A DNA stretch of 64,000 nt from Heteronotia binoei. Lineage: Eukaryota. A model generated the notes under the pieces. That model had not been told where the DNA came from. It did no database searches and saw only the letters and a program-made list of their open reading frames with translations. Made by a program: the position numbers and the translations under genes. Positions 50,106 through 61,470 of this stretch are shown here, piece by piece (the first letter of the stretch is position 1; every line of letters starts with the position of its first letter). Location: positions 162,998,001 through 163,062,000 of the forward strand of contig NC_083224.1 in the NCBI RefSeq assembly GCF_032191835.1. The letters are read 5' to 3'.

Positions 50106-51187
50106 CAGGGCTGGCTCTTGACTATCCAGCACCCCAGGCAAGCCTAATTTCTGGTGCCCCCCCCAAGCCAGTAACTCACTATGAACTGAAATGCTCACCC
50201 CTTTCAGGCCACCCACCTCTTGAAAACACAGCAACCCCACCAAGCTCTTCCTGCTGCTTCTCAGCTCCAAGAGCTTCCCCCTCAGCAGGAAGTCTTGAAA
50301 CACACTTGGCCACCTCCCCCCAGCCTCAGGAACGCACCAGCTTGTCTCTAAATGATGGAAGAGTGACAAACACCAAAGCAATTCCAAGTGCTTACCTTCA
50401 TGAACGGAGGCAGGGAGGCAGTGACGAAGGAGGGGGAAAGGAGTGAAGAGGGTGGGGAGAAGGAAAGGCTGGAAGCAAAGTGAACAGAGGCAGTGATGAA
50501 GGAGGGGAAAGGAGCAAAGAGGGCGAGGAGAGAATGAATCGGGGAGGGTGGGAAGAAGGAAAAGCTAACTACACACAAAAAGTGTAACAACAAAGCAGAT
50601 ATTTTCAACTGAAGTATCCACCACTAGATCTAGATTATAACCTCCATGGAGCGTTAACGCAAGAAAAGCCTACACGCTTCTCTAGGGCAAGTGCACTGTT
50701 ACTGTGTTAAATTGTATCCAGTGCCTTTGTTCCAACAAAGAGTGGAGAGGGAGAAAAAAGCTGGAAGGATCATTTGATCCCAACAGCCCTCGAAGCAGAA
50801 AAGAAAAAGAACCAGGGCCTTTTTTTGTAGCAGGAATGTGAACAGAGTTGAAGCCAATGGAGGCAAGTACAAAACAGGGGAAAGGAGCAAAGAGGGCAAG
50901 GAGAGAGAGCAAATTGGGAAGAAGGAAAGGCTGGCGGCAAAGTGAACAGATGTGGCAATAAAGGAGGGGAAAGGAGTGACGAGGGCAGGTGCTAGCAGGC
51001 AGGCGCTAGCTAGGAGTCCCCACCAGTAGGAATCCTCTGTGCCATCTTGAGTGGGGATTCCAAGCTAGTGCTTGGCAGGGAACCTTTTAAAAGGAAAAAT
51101 TAGGTGGAAGTAGCCTAATTTGGTGCCCCCCCCCGGGCTGGTGCCCTAGGCAAATGCCTAATTTGCCTAATGGAAGGACCTGCCCTG
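50106..51187. mobile_element. Non-autonomous hAT-Tip100-like element, 1082 bp
   Basis: Termini CAGGGCTGGC / ACCTGCCCTG and subterminal GGTGCCC motifs. Perfect 8-bp TSD TTTAGGGG at 50098-50105 and 51188-51195. Confidence 0.85.
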
Positions 51188-51828
51188 TTTAGGGGGGGAA
51201 ATGGTCCCTTCTACATGGGCACATAATTATAAAAACTGTCGTGTTGTACCTCAGAATCCTGTGTCCAGAGGCATCAGAATAATACATCCCCCCAAATCTT
51301 GTCTTAAGATGCCTTAAGTGAAGGGGAAAGCAACCAGTATGATATTGAAGATGGGTTCCTTGTTCAAAGAATGGATTCTTGAAGGTACTTCCTGCAGGAA
51401 GTAGCCTGATTCACTAAATGCTCTGCAAACAATTTATTAAGATCATTTGAACCTCCAGAGGTCCTCACACCCTTTTGCCATATATACAGCAACCCAGGTT
51501 TGCAGGTTAGTAAACAGAGCTCTTGAATGTTCTTCTGTATAAACAATCCCTAGATAATACCATAAATTAATTCCCTATTAATGCCAAGAATTTTACCTTG
51601 TCTAAATTAATCCCCACATTCATAATAGGTATCCCTATTCAGGTGTTGCTTTTAGCATAGGTTTGCTGCTTCATCCTATCACAGCCCTGATCCTGGATTT
51701 TCATGAATGGGGGTCTGTCTTACAGGTTTCTGCCTTACATTTTTCATACCAATTTGTTGTTTTCTAGTCTGTATCTTTGTTAATTTAATAAAGTTACTTT
51801 CTGATTATGTGCTTGCCTCTCTTCCATT

Positions 51829-52041
51829 GAGGCTTGGCAACATTTAGGTGAGGCCTGGAGATCTCCTGGAATCACAACTAAACTTCAGACTACAGAGATC
51901 AGTTCCTCTGGAGATAATGGCATCTTTGGAAGGTATACTCTACCACATTACATCCCAGCTGAGTTCCTTTGCCTTCCCAAACCTCTGTAAGCTCTGGCTC
52001 CAGATCTTCAGGGATTTCCCAAGCTGGAGTTTGCAACCCTA
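51829..52041 (-). mobile_element. hAT (Blackjack-like) MITE, short family
   Basis: Ends TTGCAACCCTA. Homologous to 12490-12670. Confidence 0.7.
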
Positions 52042-52277
52042 CTTCCATCCTTTCTTTAGCTGAGATTTATTGTACCAATTGGAAGTTGTGTATACAGCTG
52101 ACTAAAAGGTCCTGAGGTTCATGTGTTGGGTTCTTCACATGTAAGGGATGCTCTCATGTGACAAGCCTGACACGGGGACTGATTTGGGTAACACATGGGA
52201 CCAGTATTTTATTTAGTGTTCTTATTTAAATACATGTAATCTTATCCCTTACCAAGGGGGAGCATGTAATAACTAAC

Positions 52278-52690
52278 TAGGGATGAGCATTAACTGAGAA
52301 AATGGAAGATTGTGATGGCTATTGGGATCTAACAAACCATGAACCTCCATGAACTTTCCATTTAACGAACCAGTTCAAGGTTCGTGTTTCATGATGTGGT
52401 GCAGCTTGCAAAAGCCATTTAAAGAGATCCCTTTAAAAGGTTTTTGCAAGCTGTGTCACTGCATGATTCACAAGGCTAAGTCATGCTGGCTTGGAAAAGG
52501 CCAAGAGATCACTAAGCCTCGCCAATGGCACCAACATGTCTGCCAACACAAACCACATGAACCTTCCAAAGCCACCTGGGAGTTTTGTGAGAGGTTCATG
52601 GGAGTGGGATGGCATGAACTGAGGGATAGTATGAACCAGGCCTGGTTTGTGACAAATTTTGGTTCATAATTTGGTTCATTCCCATCCCAA
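52278..52690. mobile_element. hAT-Ac-like MITE
   Basis: Termini TAGGGATG / CATCCCAA with repeated subterminal GAACC/GGTTC motifs. Confidence 0.55.
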
Positions 52691-52841
52691 ATAACAATTC
52701 CTGCCATTTCAGTGCATGTATACTTAATATATTATTACTCCCCTGTAAGGTTTGTAGCCTTACTCACTAAAATTTTACAGAGTAGGTCTATAGAAATACA
52801 AGAGGAAAATGTGAGAGTAACTGGGGAAGAATATGTAACAC

Positions 52842-53000
52842 CAGTCCAGTAGTGCCTTAAAGAATAACAAAATTCATTTCATCGTAAGGTTTTGTGAATC
52901 AGAGCTGACATCATCAGATGAACTCATGAAAGCTCATGCTGGAAGAAATGTTTGTTTTTAAGGTGCTGCTCAACTCCTGTTTTATGTTTATGCTACAGGC
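52842..53000. mobile_element. Older Penelope-like terminal remnant
   Basis: AGTCCAGTAGTGCCTTAAAGAATAAC...CATGAAAGCTCATGC...TTTAAGGTGCTGCT. Confidence 0.55.
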
Positions 53001-53040
53001 TATGCTACTTGTTGGGGGGGAAATATAAATTTAGTTATTT

Positions 53041-53194
53041 TCCTTGGAGGTTTTTAAACAGAACCAAGATGGCCATCTGACAGCAATGAAGATCTTGTGA
53101 ATTTAGGGGAAGATGTTTGTGAGTTTCCTGCATTGTGCAGGGGGCTGGACTAGATGACCCTAGAGGTCCCTTCCAACTCTATGATTCTATGATT
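53041..53194 (+). mobile_element. CR1 LINE 3' tail
   Basis: GGACTAGATGACCCTAGAGGTCCCTTCCAACTCTATGATTCTATGATT, the canonical CR1 end with the ATTCTATG octamer repeat. Confidence 0.88.
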
Positions 53195-53229
53195 TTATTC
53201 AGATATTAACAGAGACCCAAAGTGGCATG

Positions 53230-53375
53230 CAATCTAATTCTCCCATCCTCTATTTAATCTTCACAACAAGCCCATGATGTAAAATAGAATGAAATAAATT
53301 GAGAAATCCAAGGTCATCCAGTGAATATCCCTGGCAGAGTAGGGATTTGAACCCAGCTCTCCCAGACTCTAGGAT
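53230..53375 (-). mobile_element. Old MIR/CORE-type SINE fragment
   Basis: AATCTTCACAACAAGCCC..AAGGTCATCCAG..GGGATTTGAACCCAGCTCTCC. Confidence 0.55.
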
Positions 53376-53962
53376 ATCAGAACAAAGAGGTTAAGCAAAG
53401 GCGTTACTGGAAAGTGAGGGTTTAAAAGAGAGTTTGCATCATTTGAGGGTTCCAAGACACTATTCCAGACATAAATAGCAGAAGATAGATTATTGTAGAA
53501 AGCAAAATTTAAAAGCATACAAGAAAAATAGAACACCCTCTGAAATTGAAAACATACCACCTCTGCTCAATATTGACCATAAGGCCAGACCAAGATAAGC
53601 ATTTTCTTTCTGTTCCAGGAAGTATATAACTGAGACTGTGATGAACCTTTACGGAAAGGGAGTTCCATTAATTGTAGTTCAGCCACTCAGAATTTCTGTC
53701 TGTGAGCTCTTGGTGTTCAAACATGGTACACAGATAATACAATAAAGCATCCCAAGAGAGCAACACTTAGAAAACTACAAATTAATGGCCTGATCTTCAT
53801 ACAACAGCAATTTAGAAAAGTGAAGTCTAAGACAGGATAGGATAGCACACAAATGCAAGCTTTCCATTCAATGTGGAGGAGCCATCTACAGTGCTGTATG
53901 GACACTATGAGCCAATTTAAGAGGTTGCCTCAATGCAGCAACACAGATTGGTTCTCCAGTCT

Positions 53963-54318
53963 TGTGAAGGCCAACATCTGCAGAAAATTTACAATGCAAA
54001 GGACAACTGATGCCCCGGATCTGGAGGCCTCTGGTGAAGGACCTGCCCCTGAAGGCTCAGCTCCAGATGGTGCTGCCAGCATGCCAGACTTCAGGACAAC
54101 CAGCCTTCTGCTTAGTAGGGTCAGATCCCAGACCACCAGTAACCCATGTTCTCCCTTCACCCAGCAGGAGCAGCAAAGATGGCAGACCCATGAGGAGGCA
54201 GCCCAGTGGCAAAGAAATCCCAGGCTAGCTGCCCATGTTTCAACTCTTGTGCTAGATCCCTGCCAGAGTACAAGTAGCGTTTTGCAGGATTATGTCTCAG
54301 TCAAGCCCTGGCCAGACA
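53963..54318. mobile_element. Possible decayed LTR fragment
   Basis: TG...CA-bounded GC-richer block with a composition like the 1702 LTR. No clean TSD. Confidence 0.3.
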
Positions 54319-54346
54319 GAGTTGCCACCAGTAGAGGATGGGGGGC

Positions 54347-54545
54347 TAGGGTTGCCAGAGCCAGACTGGGAAACTCCTAAAGATTTTGGGAAGAAAACAG
54401 GGGAAGACAGGAACCTTGGTGGGTAAAATGCCATAGAGTCCATGCTCTGATGTATCCATATTTTCCAGGGGAACTTATCACTGCAGTCTGGATATGAGCT
54501 GTAGTTCCAGGAATTCCTCAAGTTTCACCTGGAGACTGGCCAGAT
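54347..54545 (+). mobile_element. hAT (Blackjack-like) MITE, short family
   Basis: Starts TAGGGTTGCCAG. Homologous to 11538. Confidence 0.7.
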
Positions 54546-54641
54546 GAAGCCCAGGAACAAGTGTGGCTCTTCCCTCTTTGTAGTTTTTAAACCCTGGGTC
54601 TTGCTGGTTCAACCATTTCACATGGTCAATATACTTCTATG

Positions 54642-55720
54642 CAGGGCTGGTGCTGGGGTTTTGCTGCCTCAGGCAAGGCCATGCCCCAACCCTCCAATGG
54701 GGAAGGGCCCCCAGGGCCAGCCCAAATTGGGTCCCATTTGCATGGATGGCAACTCCAACTACTCCTCTTGAGGAGCCCTTCGTCCAAACATCCCCCCCCC
54801 CCCCGCTAAACCTTTCTGTGGCATGAGAAAGTCTCTGGCAGGGCAAAGAGGTGGCATGAGGCCTCTGCCTCACTCTCAGGCTGCCTCCCCTGCAAGGGAA
54901 GGCAGCCTGGGAGAGAGGCCAAGTCGCTTCTTTCCTCTGCCCAAGTCTCGGGTGGGCAAAAGAGGCTGCAGGCTGGCTGGCGTGTGGGGAGGGGGCACCA
55001 AATGGCCCCATTTGCACAGTGGGCTCCTCTTGAAAAGCCCACTGTACAAACACCCACCCCCTGTTCAACCTTCTCATAGCGCAGGAAAGCTGAGCAGGGC
55101 CAGATGGCCTCGTTTGCACAGCGGGCTCCTCTTAAGGAGTCTTCTGTGCAAACGCCCCCCCCCCCCCGGTTCAACCTTCCCATGGCGTGAAAAAGTCTCA
55201 GGCAGGAGATAGAGAAGAAGAAGAAGATGAAGAAGAAGATATTGGATTTATATCCCGCCCTCCACTCCGAAGAGTCTCAGAGCGGCTCACAATCTCCTTT
55301 ACCTTCCTCCCCCACAACAAACACCCTGTGAGGTGGGTGGGGCTGGAGAGGGCTCTCACAGCTGCTGCCCTTTCAAGGACAACCTCTGCCAGAGCTATGG
55401 CTGACCCAAGGCCATTCCAGCAGGTGCAAGTGGAGGAGTGGGGAATCAAACCCGGTTCTCCCAGATAAGAGTCTGCACACTTAACCACTACACCAAACTG
55501 GTGGCATGGGGCCTCTGCCTCACTCTCAGGCTGCCTCCCCTGAGAGGGAAGGCAGCTTGGGAGAGAGACCAAGCCGCCTCTTTCCTCTGCCCAAGTGTTG
55601 GGCAGGCAAAAGATGCTGCGGGCTGGCTGGTGTGTGGGGAGGAGGTGCCTAGCTTCACCCTGTAGGCCATGCAGCACCTAGGCAGCCACCTACATGGCCT
55701 ACTCCCATGTGCCGGCCATG
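54642..55720. mobile_element. Non-autonomous hAT-Tip100-like element with internal tandem duplication and a nested SINE
   Basis: Termini CAGGGCTGGTGC / GTGCCGGCCATG. Perfect 8-bp TSD CTTCTATG at 54634-54641 and 55721-55728. Confidence 0.88.
55213..55501 (-). mobile_element. tRNA/CORE SINE (Squam3-like), full length and young
   Basis: Reverse complement of the 49711 family, retaining CpGs (CCCGGTTC, GAGCGGCTC), with a (TCT)n tail. Confidence 0.9.
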
Positions 55721-56108
55721 CTTCTATGCTGATTGTGATCCTGTGGACTTAGCTGGACTCTGATCTCAGTACTTTTTGGATGGCCAGACTCTATTTCCAG
55801 TTACCCTTGCTCCTGAAGAATATGAAGACTGCTCCAAATCTCTGAACTCAAGGGCAGACCAATTGCTGCGCAAAGAAGGGACAGCTTGAGACCCATAAAC
55901 AGAAAGAGAAGAAAAACAAGAAAAATACACATCCTTTCATTTTCAAGGTTGCCACAGAATGTAGGAAGGAGCCCTGTTTCATGAGCCTAGGAATACAAGA
56001 AAGAAGTCCCTACTTTTCTAACAAAATTCAAAGGGACATACAAGCGTGTTTATAAAGTTGATGCAGTATTTAGGGGTATCCAGTGACTTGAGATGGCATC
56101 CTCAAAGC

Positions 56109-56290
56109 CAGGACTTTTTAAATAGCAGGAACTCCTTTGCATATTAGGCCACACACCCCTGATGTTGCCAATTCTCCTGGAGCTTACAGTAAGCCCTGTA
56201 CTAAGAACCCTGTAAACTCTTGGAGGATTGGCTACACCAGAGGTGTGTGGCCTAATATGCAAAGGAGTTCCTGTTACCAAAAAAGCCCTG
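56109..56290. mobile_element. hAT MITE, CAGGGCTTTTT family (hairpin), 182 bp
   Basis: Long inverted arms. Perfect 8-bp TSD CTCAAAGC at 56101-56108 and 56291-56298. Confidence 0.9.
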
Positions 56291-56986
56291 CTCAAAGCAT
56301 GGGTTCATCTCCTTAAGATGGAAGTCTATAATTCATGAGTATTAGCCTCACAAACAATTGAACTTGTAGTAGATAATTATTGTAAAAGGAAAACAGTGTT
56401 CTGGGGGATGAGGAAAGTGTGTGGGGAGGCTAAAACAGTGGTGAGGCATGACAAATGGCCTTCTTCCAAAATAAAATAAATGTTCAATAAAATATTGATA
56501 GGAAGTTGACAGAGTGATGATTTGCTGTGCTTGCAATCTTTTGTGGGGCTTACAAAGCTGATATCTAACTTCAATCACATTAAGTGTTTGTAGTACAAGA
56601 CAGAAAATTATGTTCTACATTTTTTATTAAGAGGTTTTATACCCCTTCCTAACAACCTCCATCAAGTTCCCTCTTGATTACTTTCCTTCTAAAGCTTCAG
56701 TTTCCTAAAGACAATGAAGACAGCAACAAAAGAATGTCTTGATTATCTAAGTGATAACAAGGAAAGGGAGGTGGCTATTTTTTTTTTACCCTTCTTTATA
56801 AAGACAGCTCATTGAGAAGATTAGAGTCAATGCTTCTAAACAGTGAGGAGTCAGACACCAAATTGCATCCTGAAGTTGCAATATATAACCTAGCATACAT
56901 TTACTGAATTCAGAAAAAAAGCTTAAGTACTTATATTCAACTTCACCATTATTAGCTACTCCTCTCCCACCCCTTTCCCCTTCCCA

Positions 56987-57231
56987 TAGGGTTGCCAGTT
57001 CCCATCTGGTCACCAGCGGGAAATGAGGATATAGCTTTGTTAGATCCAGAATGGGAAAATCCTGGAGACCTGGGGATGGAGCCTGGGGAGAACAAGAACC
57101 TCAGTGGAGTACAATGCCATAGACTCCACCTTTCAAAGCATCCATTTTCTTCACAGGAACTGATCTCTGTAATGTGGAGATGAGCTTTAATTCCAGGGGA
57201 TTCTCAGGTCGTACCTAGAGGGGCAACCCTG
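56987..57231 (+). mobile_element. hAT (Blackjack-like) MITE, short family
   Basis: TAGGGTTGCCAG ... GGGGCAACCCTG. Confidence 0.72.
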
Positions 57232-57289
57232 CCTTCCCCTCTCGGTTCTTCATATTTTGATTGTAAGTACTTTCAAGAAGATACTCATT

Positions 57290-57828
57290 GGCCTGTTCAG
57301 ATGCACATTTTAATCAGTTGTCGCTGCTGTTTCCTACCAGATTAAAAGTGGCTGATCAGACAGCAACATCTGCCTCCCAATAGTCAATCATTGTTGCCTC
57401 CCTCCAATCCTTCTCCAAACCAGATTACTTTGTTGTCTGCTCCTTTGCGGTGTTTTTTTAGTTGTCCAGTTTCACCTCATAGTTTTCTTCGTCTGGATAG
57501 TTCTGCTGCAATATTAATCGATTTCCAGAAGTCTGAAGGCTGTCCCAGAGCAAAAGGAGCCTCAGACATCTGGTTTATGGCTGCCATTTTTTTTACTACT
57601 TAGCGATATGCGCATAACCACATAATGTTTTTTTACCTATGCGCATAATAGTGGAGGAAACAAAAAAAGAACTGCATGGTACTGTCGTGTGGATGGCAGA
57701 AGATGGTTTCACCACAGAGTGATTCGAATTGCAGTATGGCAGTCTGATCGATAACAGCTGGAACAAAGATATTTGGAACAGAACCGGGTCAATTTAACAT
57801 AGACTCAACATGCTGTGTGGACAGGGCC
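57290..57828. mobile_element. PIF/Harbinger-like MITE
   Basis: Termini GGCCTGTTCAGA / GTGTGGACAGGGCC, 3-bp TSD ATT. Inverted homologue of 46878-47465. Confidence 0.75.
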
Positions 57829-57830
57829 AT

Positions 57831-58126
57831 TGTTGTGTATTGAGAGCTTCAAGCGAGTACCCATTGCATGAGAGGCTCCTTGCAGCTGCTTTCAGATTGG
57901 CCACTCTTGCCAAACCAGCCAATCAGGTAATGTCTGTAATATAACACTCATATAAGGAAAGGTTCCTAGCACCTGTGTTCTGATTGCGTTGTTATTGCTG
58001 GGGGTGTGTTTGGGGCTGGGTTTCTGTGTATATAGTTGCAGCTTGTCATGTGTGTGTATGTTTGTTTTGGGTTCCAATAAAGAGCTATGCTGCAATCACT
58101 CTAGTGTCCGAACCCACTACATTACA
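57831..58126 (+). mobile_element. Probable solo LTR
   Basis: TGTTG...ATTACA with AATAAA at about 58076. The left boundary and TSD are ambiguous. Confidence 0.4.
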
Positions 58127-58539
58127 CTCATATTCCTTATTTTGGAAGGGGCTGATGAAATTCTGTAAAACTATGTGTATATTCATGGTGCTATATGAAT
58201 GACAAATCATAATGCCTTGGTGGCTTGTGTCCAACCATTCCAAAAGACTAATCCCATTATATATTGAAGACTATCAGCTAAAGTGGTACATGAATCACAA
58301 CGTAAACAGGAATGCAAACTTTTAATATGTTCAAATTGTCAAAGCAACAGTCAATGCCAAAATTCTACAAACAGAATTATGTAATTCTGTTATTTGTCTT
58401 TTACATTAAGATTACGTTGCCTGTATTACTGAAGTGTTTTTTTTTTCTTTTAAGCCGTGTTGGAAAGCAGCTGAAATGGAGGAGCAGAGCTGAGACTACT
58501 GACCAGGAGGTAGTTCAAACACCTTTCTGAGTAAATCAC

Positions 58540-58682
58540 TCTGTAGTTTTAGATTTTATATATATTTAAATTGGTCTTTTATTGTTTTTATTGTTGATTC
58601 TTTTTATGATGTAACCTACCCTGAGCCTGTCCTACGGGAAGGGCAGGCTAAAAATTGAATAAAATAAATAAATAAAATAAAT
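58540..58682 (+). mobile_element. L2 LINE 3' UTR and A-rich tail
   Basis: TGTAACCTACCCTGAGCC..GGGAAGGGCAGGCTAAAAAT followed by an (AATA)-like tail. Confidence 0.7.
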
Positions 58683-59779
58683 CTTCTGTTCAGATAGAGG
58701 AAGAATGTAAATAAGCATTCAGCCACAACAAACAACGTATTACACAGCTACATGCACATGTGATCTATGGGATGGTTCCCCACCAAAAAGGGGGGTAATC
58801 ATGTTAATCAATGCTTTCACCTCTGATTATTCTCCCACAACTCTCCCCATCACCACAGCTCCCTTAGCATTATGTGGGCAAAAATAATGGGTATCTGAAT
58901 CTTCCCCACTTCCTGGACAATAAAGCAATGTGGGGTCCACTCCTGAGCAGGGGGAAAAAAGCATCAGTCCACTCCATTACTCCTCAGATCAAACTGGCAC
59001 TCTACTTTTAGACAGAATGTGGCTTAACAGCTTTCGTAAACTCTGTTTCTGTGCTTCCCGGATTCTCCTTCCAACCTGATTCCCCTTCTTTACGTTTCCC
59101 CTTTTTGGTCTCTTGTAGTTCCTGCCACCTTCTAGCTTTAAAAGAGCATCTCCTGCTTAAAACTCTGCAATTGCATCTTCTGTTTTGTTTGTTCTTTTCA
59201 CTCTAGATGCTGTGGGGATTAACAGACACACATATGTATTTAGGGAATGGTGGGATCAACCTCAACTCCGTCCCCTGGTTTCTGCTGGATAAGCATGTCC
59301 CAGTTGGGCATGGAATGATCATAGGACTCAGGGTAGCCTCATCCAAATCAATAAATAATTTAACAAAGTCACAGAAACACATGCATGCCTATTTACACTG
59401 CAAATCAGATCAAGGTCAAATAAGGAATGCTATAACAGTAATCCCTGCCTGTACTTATTCCTAAAATGTTAAAATAAGGATAAGTACAATCTCTTGGAGT
59501 TGTAAACATTCCAAATGGGCCATAAAACTGAGAGTTAGGGCTTTACCTAATTGTTAGGGTGCATGTGATCAGTGTTGGCACTGAAAAAAGCTAAGATCTG
59601 AGACAACACTCTGGGTGGGATCACACTAGGAATTTGTCGCAGCATTCTCTCAGTTTTCAAAAAGCTGCCCCAGAAAGAGACACACTATGGCAAGCAGACT
59701 GCACCCAAAACAGGCATGGGCTGCACATGCACTTAGAGGAGCACTCAGACTGCTCCTGCACATACAGGGCGCATGAACG

Positions 59780-59950
59780 CAGGGCCGGCCCTAGATTATC
59801 TGGCACCTTAGGCAAGGCTAACTTCTGGTGCCTCCTCCCCACCCCACTGACAACATCACTGAGTCCGATGGGGGGCACTCAATTTATCGCCCCCAGCAGG
59901 CTGGTGCCCTAGACAATTGCCTAGTTTGCCTAGTGGCAGAGCCGGCCCTA
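59780..59950. mobile_element. hAT-Tip100-like MITE, 171 bp
   Basis: TIR CAGGGCCGGC / GCCGGCCCTA. Degenerate TSD CATGAACG / CATGCACA. Same subterminal motif as the 50106 element. Confidence 0.75.
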
Positions 59951-61329
59951 CATGCACACTGCACCCTGGCTTTCAGACAGATCAGAAACAAGTCATGCAA
60001 GTGCTTCAGTGATTTGCCAGCAGGAAGTACCAGCAGCTATTTAAAGTGTATGGCAAGTGTCGCAGGATGAGGTAGGGGTGGGAGTGGCACAAGGGACAGA
60101 TGTGTGCATGTGAACATGCCCGTTTGATCCTGAGGTAGTGTAATTACACCCTGTGTCTGAAGTAGTTGGCTAAGAAAAGATGAAGATCTCGCTTTCTTGT
60201 GATCAGGGGTCTTTTCATTGTTTCTCCTTCTTAAGGGTGAATCCACTGCTTTTCCTATTCTCCAGTGAAAGTGAAATTAAAACAATTTAATTCAAAGCCC
60301 AATCACAGTAGACATGAATAAGTTAGCCATCAAAGGTAATACATCTGCATTAGCAAGAAAGGTAGTATTATTCAAATCTAATGTGGAACAGTAATTTTCT
60401 GTAACAAGAAAGCTACTCTTAATACTCTCTGAGGATGTTTTAAATGGTATAAAGTTTGTCTTATACATATGCAGCTTCAGGATTCAAATCAGATACCTAC
60501 ACTTGGCTATTCAATAGATCCTTTATACTAGAATTATGATAATACAGTGCCATGGGTCATTCTAGACCTTTGAATATCTCACCACGGATTGGCACTTATA
60601 CTACTAGAACACAATGCTTCAGATATAATTAAGCATAATTTTAAAGCTTTTTATAAGAAATGAGAAGCTACAAGACTAGAATACTGCATGAAGCTGTTCA
60701 GCAGTTCAAGTTCAGAGCTACTTCTAAGATATGGGTTAGAAGAAGCTGATCAAATAGAAACAGGATCACCAGTCAGCAGTCAGTGGGAATCTTGTGGGCA
60801 GGGTCATGGGAGACACCAGCAGCATGATGGTAATTTCCATCATTTTCCAGGAAACCCAAGAGGTGATATCATGATGCTCTAGAAAGCACTGGAATTTCAG
60901 GCAATTCCTAGAGCAACATGACACTACTTCCTGGCTTTCCCAGAAATATCAACTGTGATTTTTTTCCCATCATTTTTTCTCATGCCACACAATGTAGCAG
61001 CAGTTGGCAAGGAGGGGCTTGCCAGCAGGAGGGCTCCTATCATAGCATGGAGACCTGACAACCCTAGAGATAAAGCCTGGCTTAGCAGCAAATGTTAGAC
61101 TGAGGTTTGAGTTCTGCTTTTGAGATTCAAAGTCACTCATGCACAAACAAAATCAAGAAAGGGTATAACTGACTTTATATGCAGAATAAAGGCAGGTAAA
61201 ATCTTTTGCACTCTTCAGTACAGCAGTGGACATACTATGTTATTTCCTCTTATTTCTGATAACCACAAATTTTAGGACATTGGCCCTCAGAATAGATTGT
61301 TCTGAAGACAGCAACTAAAAGGCTAAAAT

Positions 61330-61470
61330 AAGAACATAAGAGCTCTGCTGGACAAGACCTATGGTCCATGTTGTCCAGCCTTGTATCATAAAATGGCCAA
61401 CCGCTTGCCCTGGAGGATTAATAAATAGGGCACAAAGGCCAATTCTTCCCTGATGTTGCCTCCTAGCACT
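61330..61470 (-). mobile_element. CR1 LINE 3' tail
   Basis: AAGAACATAAGAGCTCTGCTGGACAAGACC..GGTCCATGTTGTCCAGC, the reverse complement of a CR1 3' UTR. Confidence 0.7.

Noticed and set aside
53853-54380. 175-aa ORF
   Set aside because: It spans a possible LTR fragment and the start of a MITE, with no domain signature.
59207-59464. Strong polypyrimidine acceptor followed by an 85-aa ORF
   Set aside because: There is no convincing donor and no recognisable product; pyrimidine tracts are common here.
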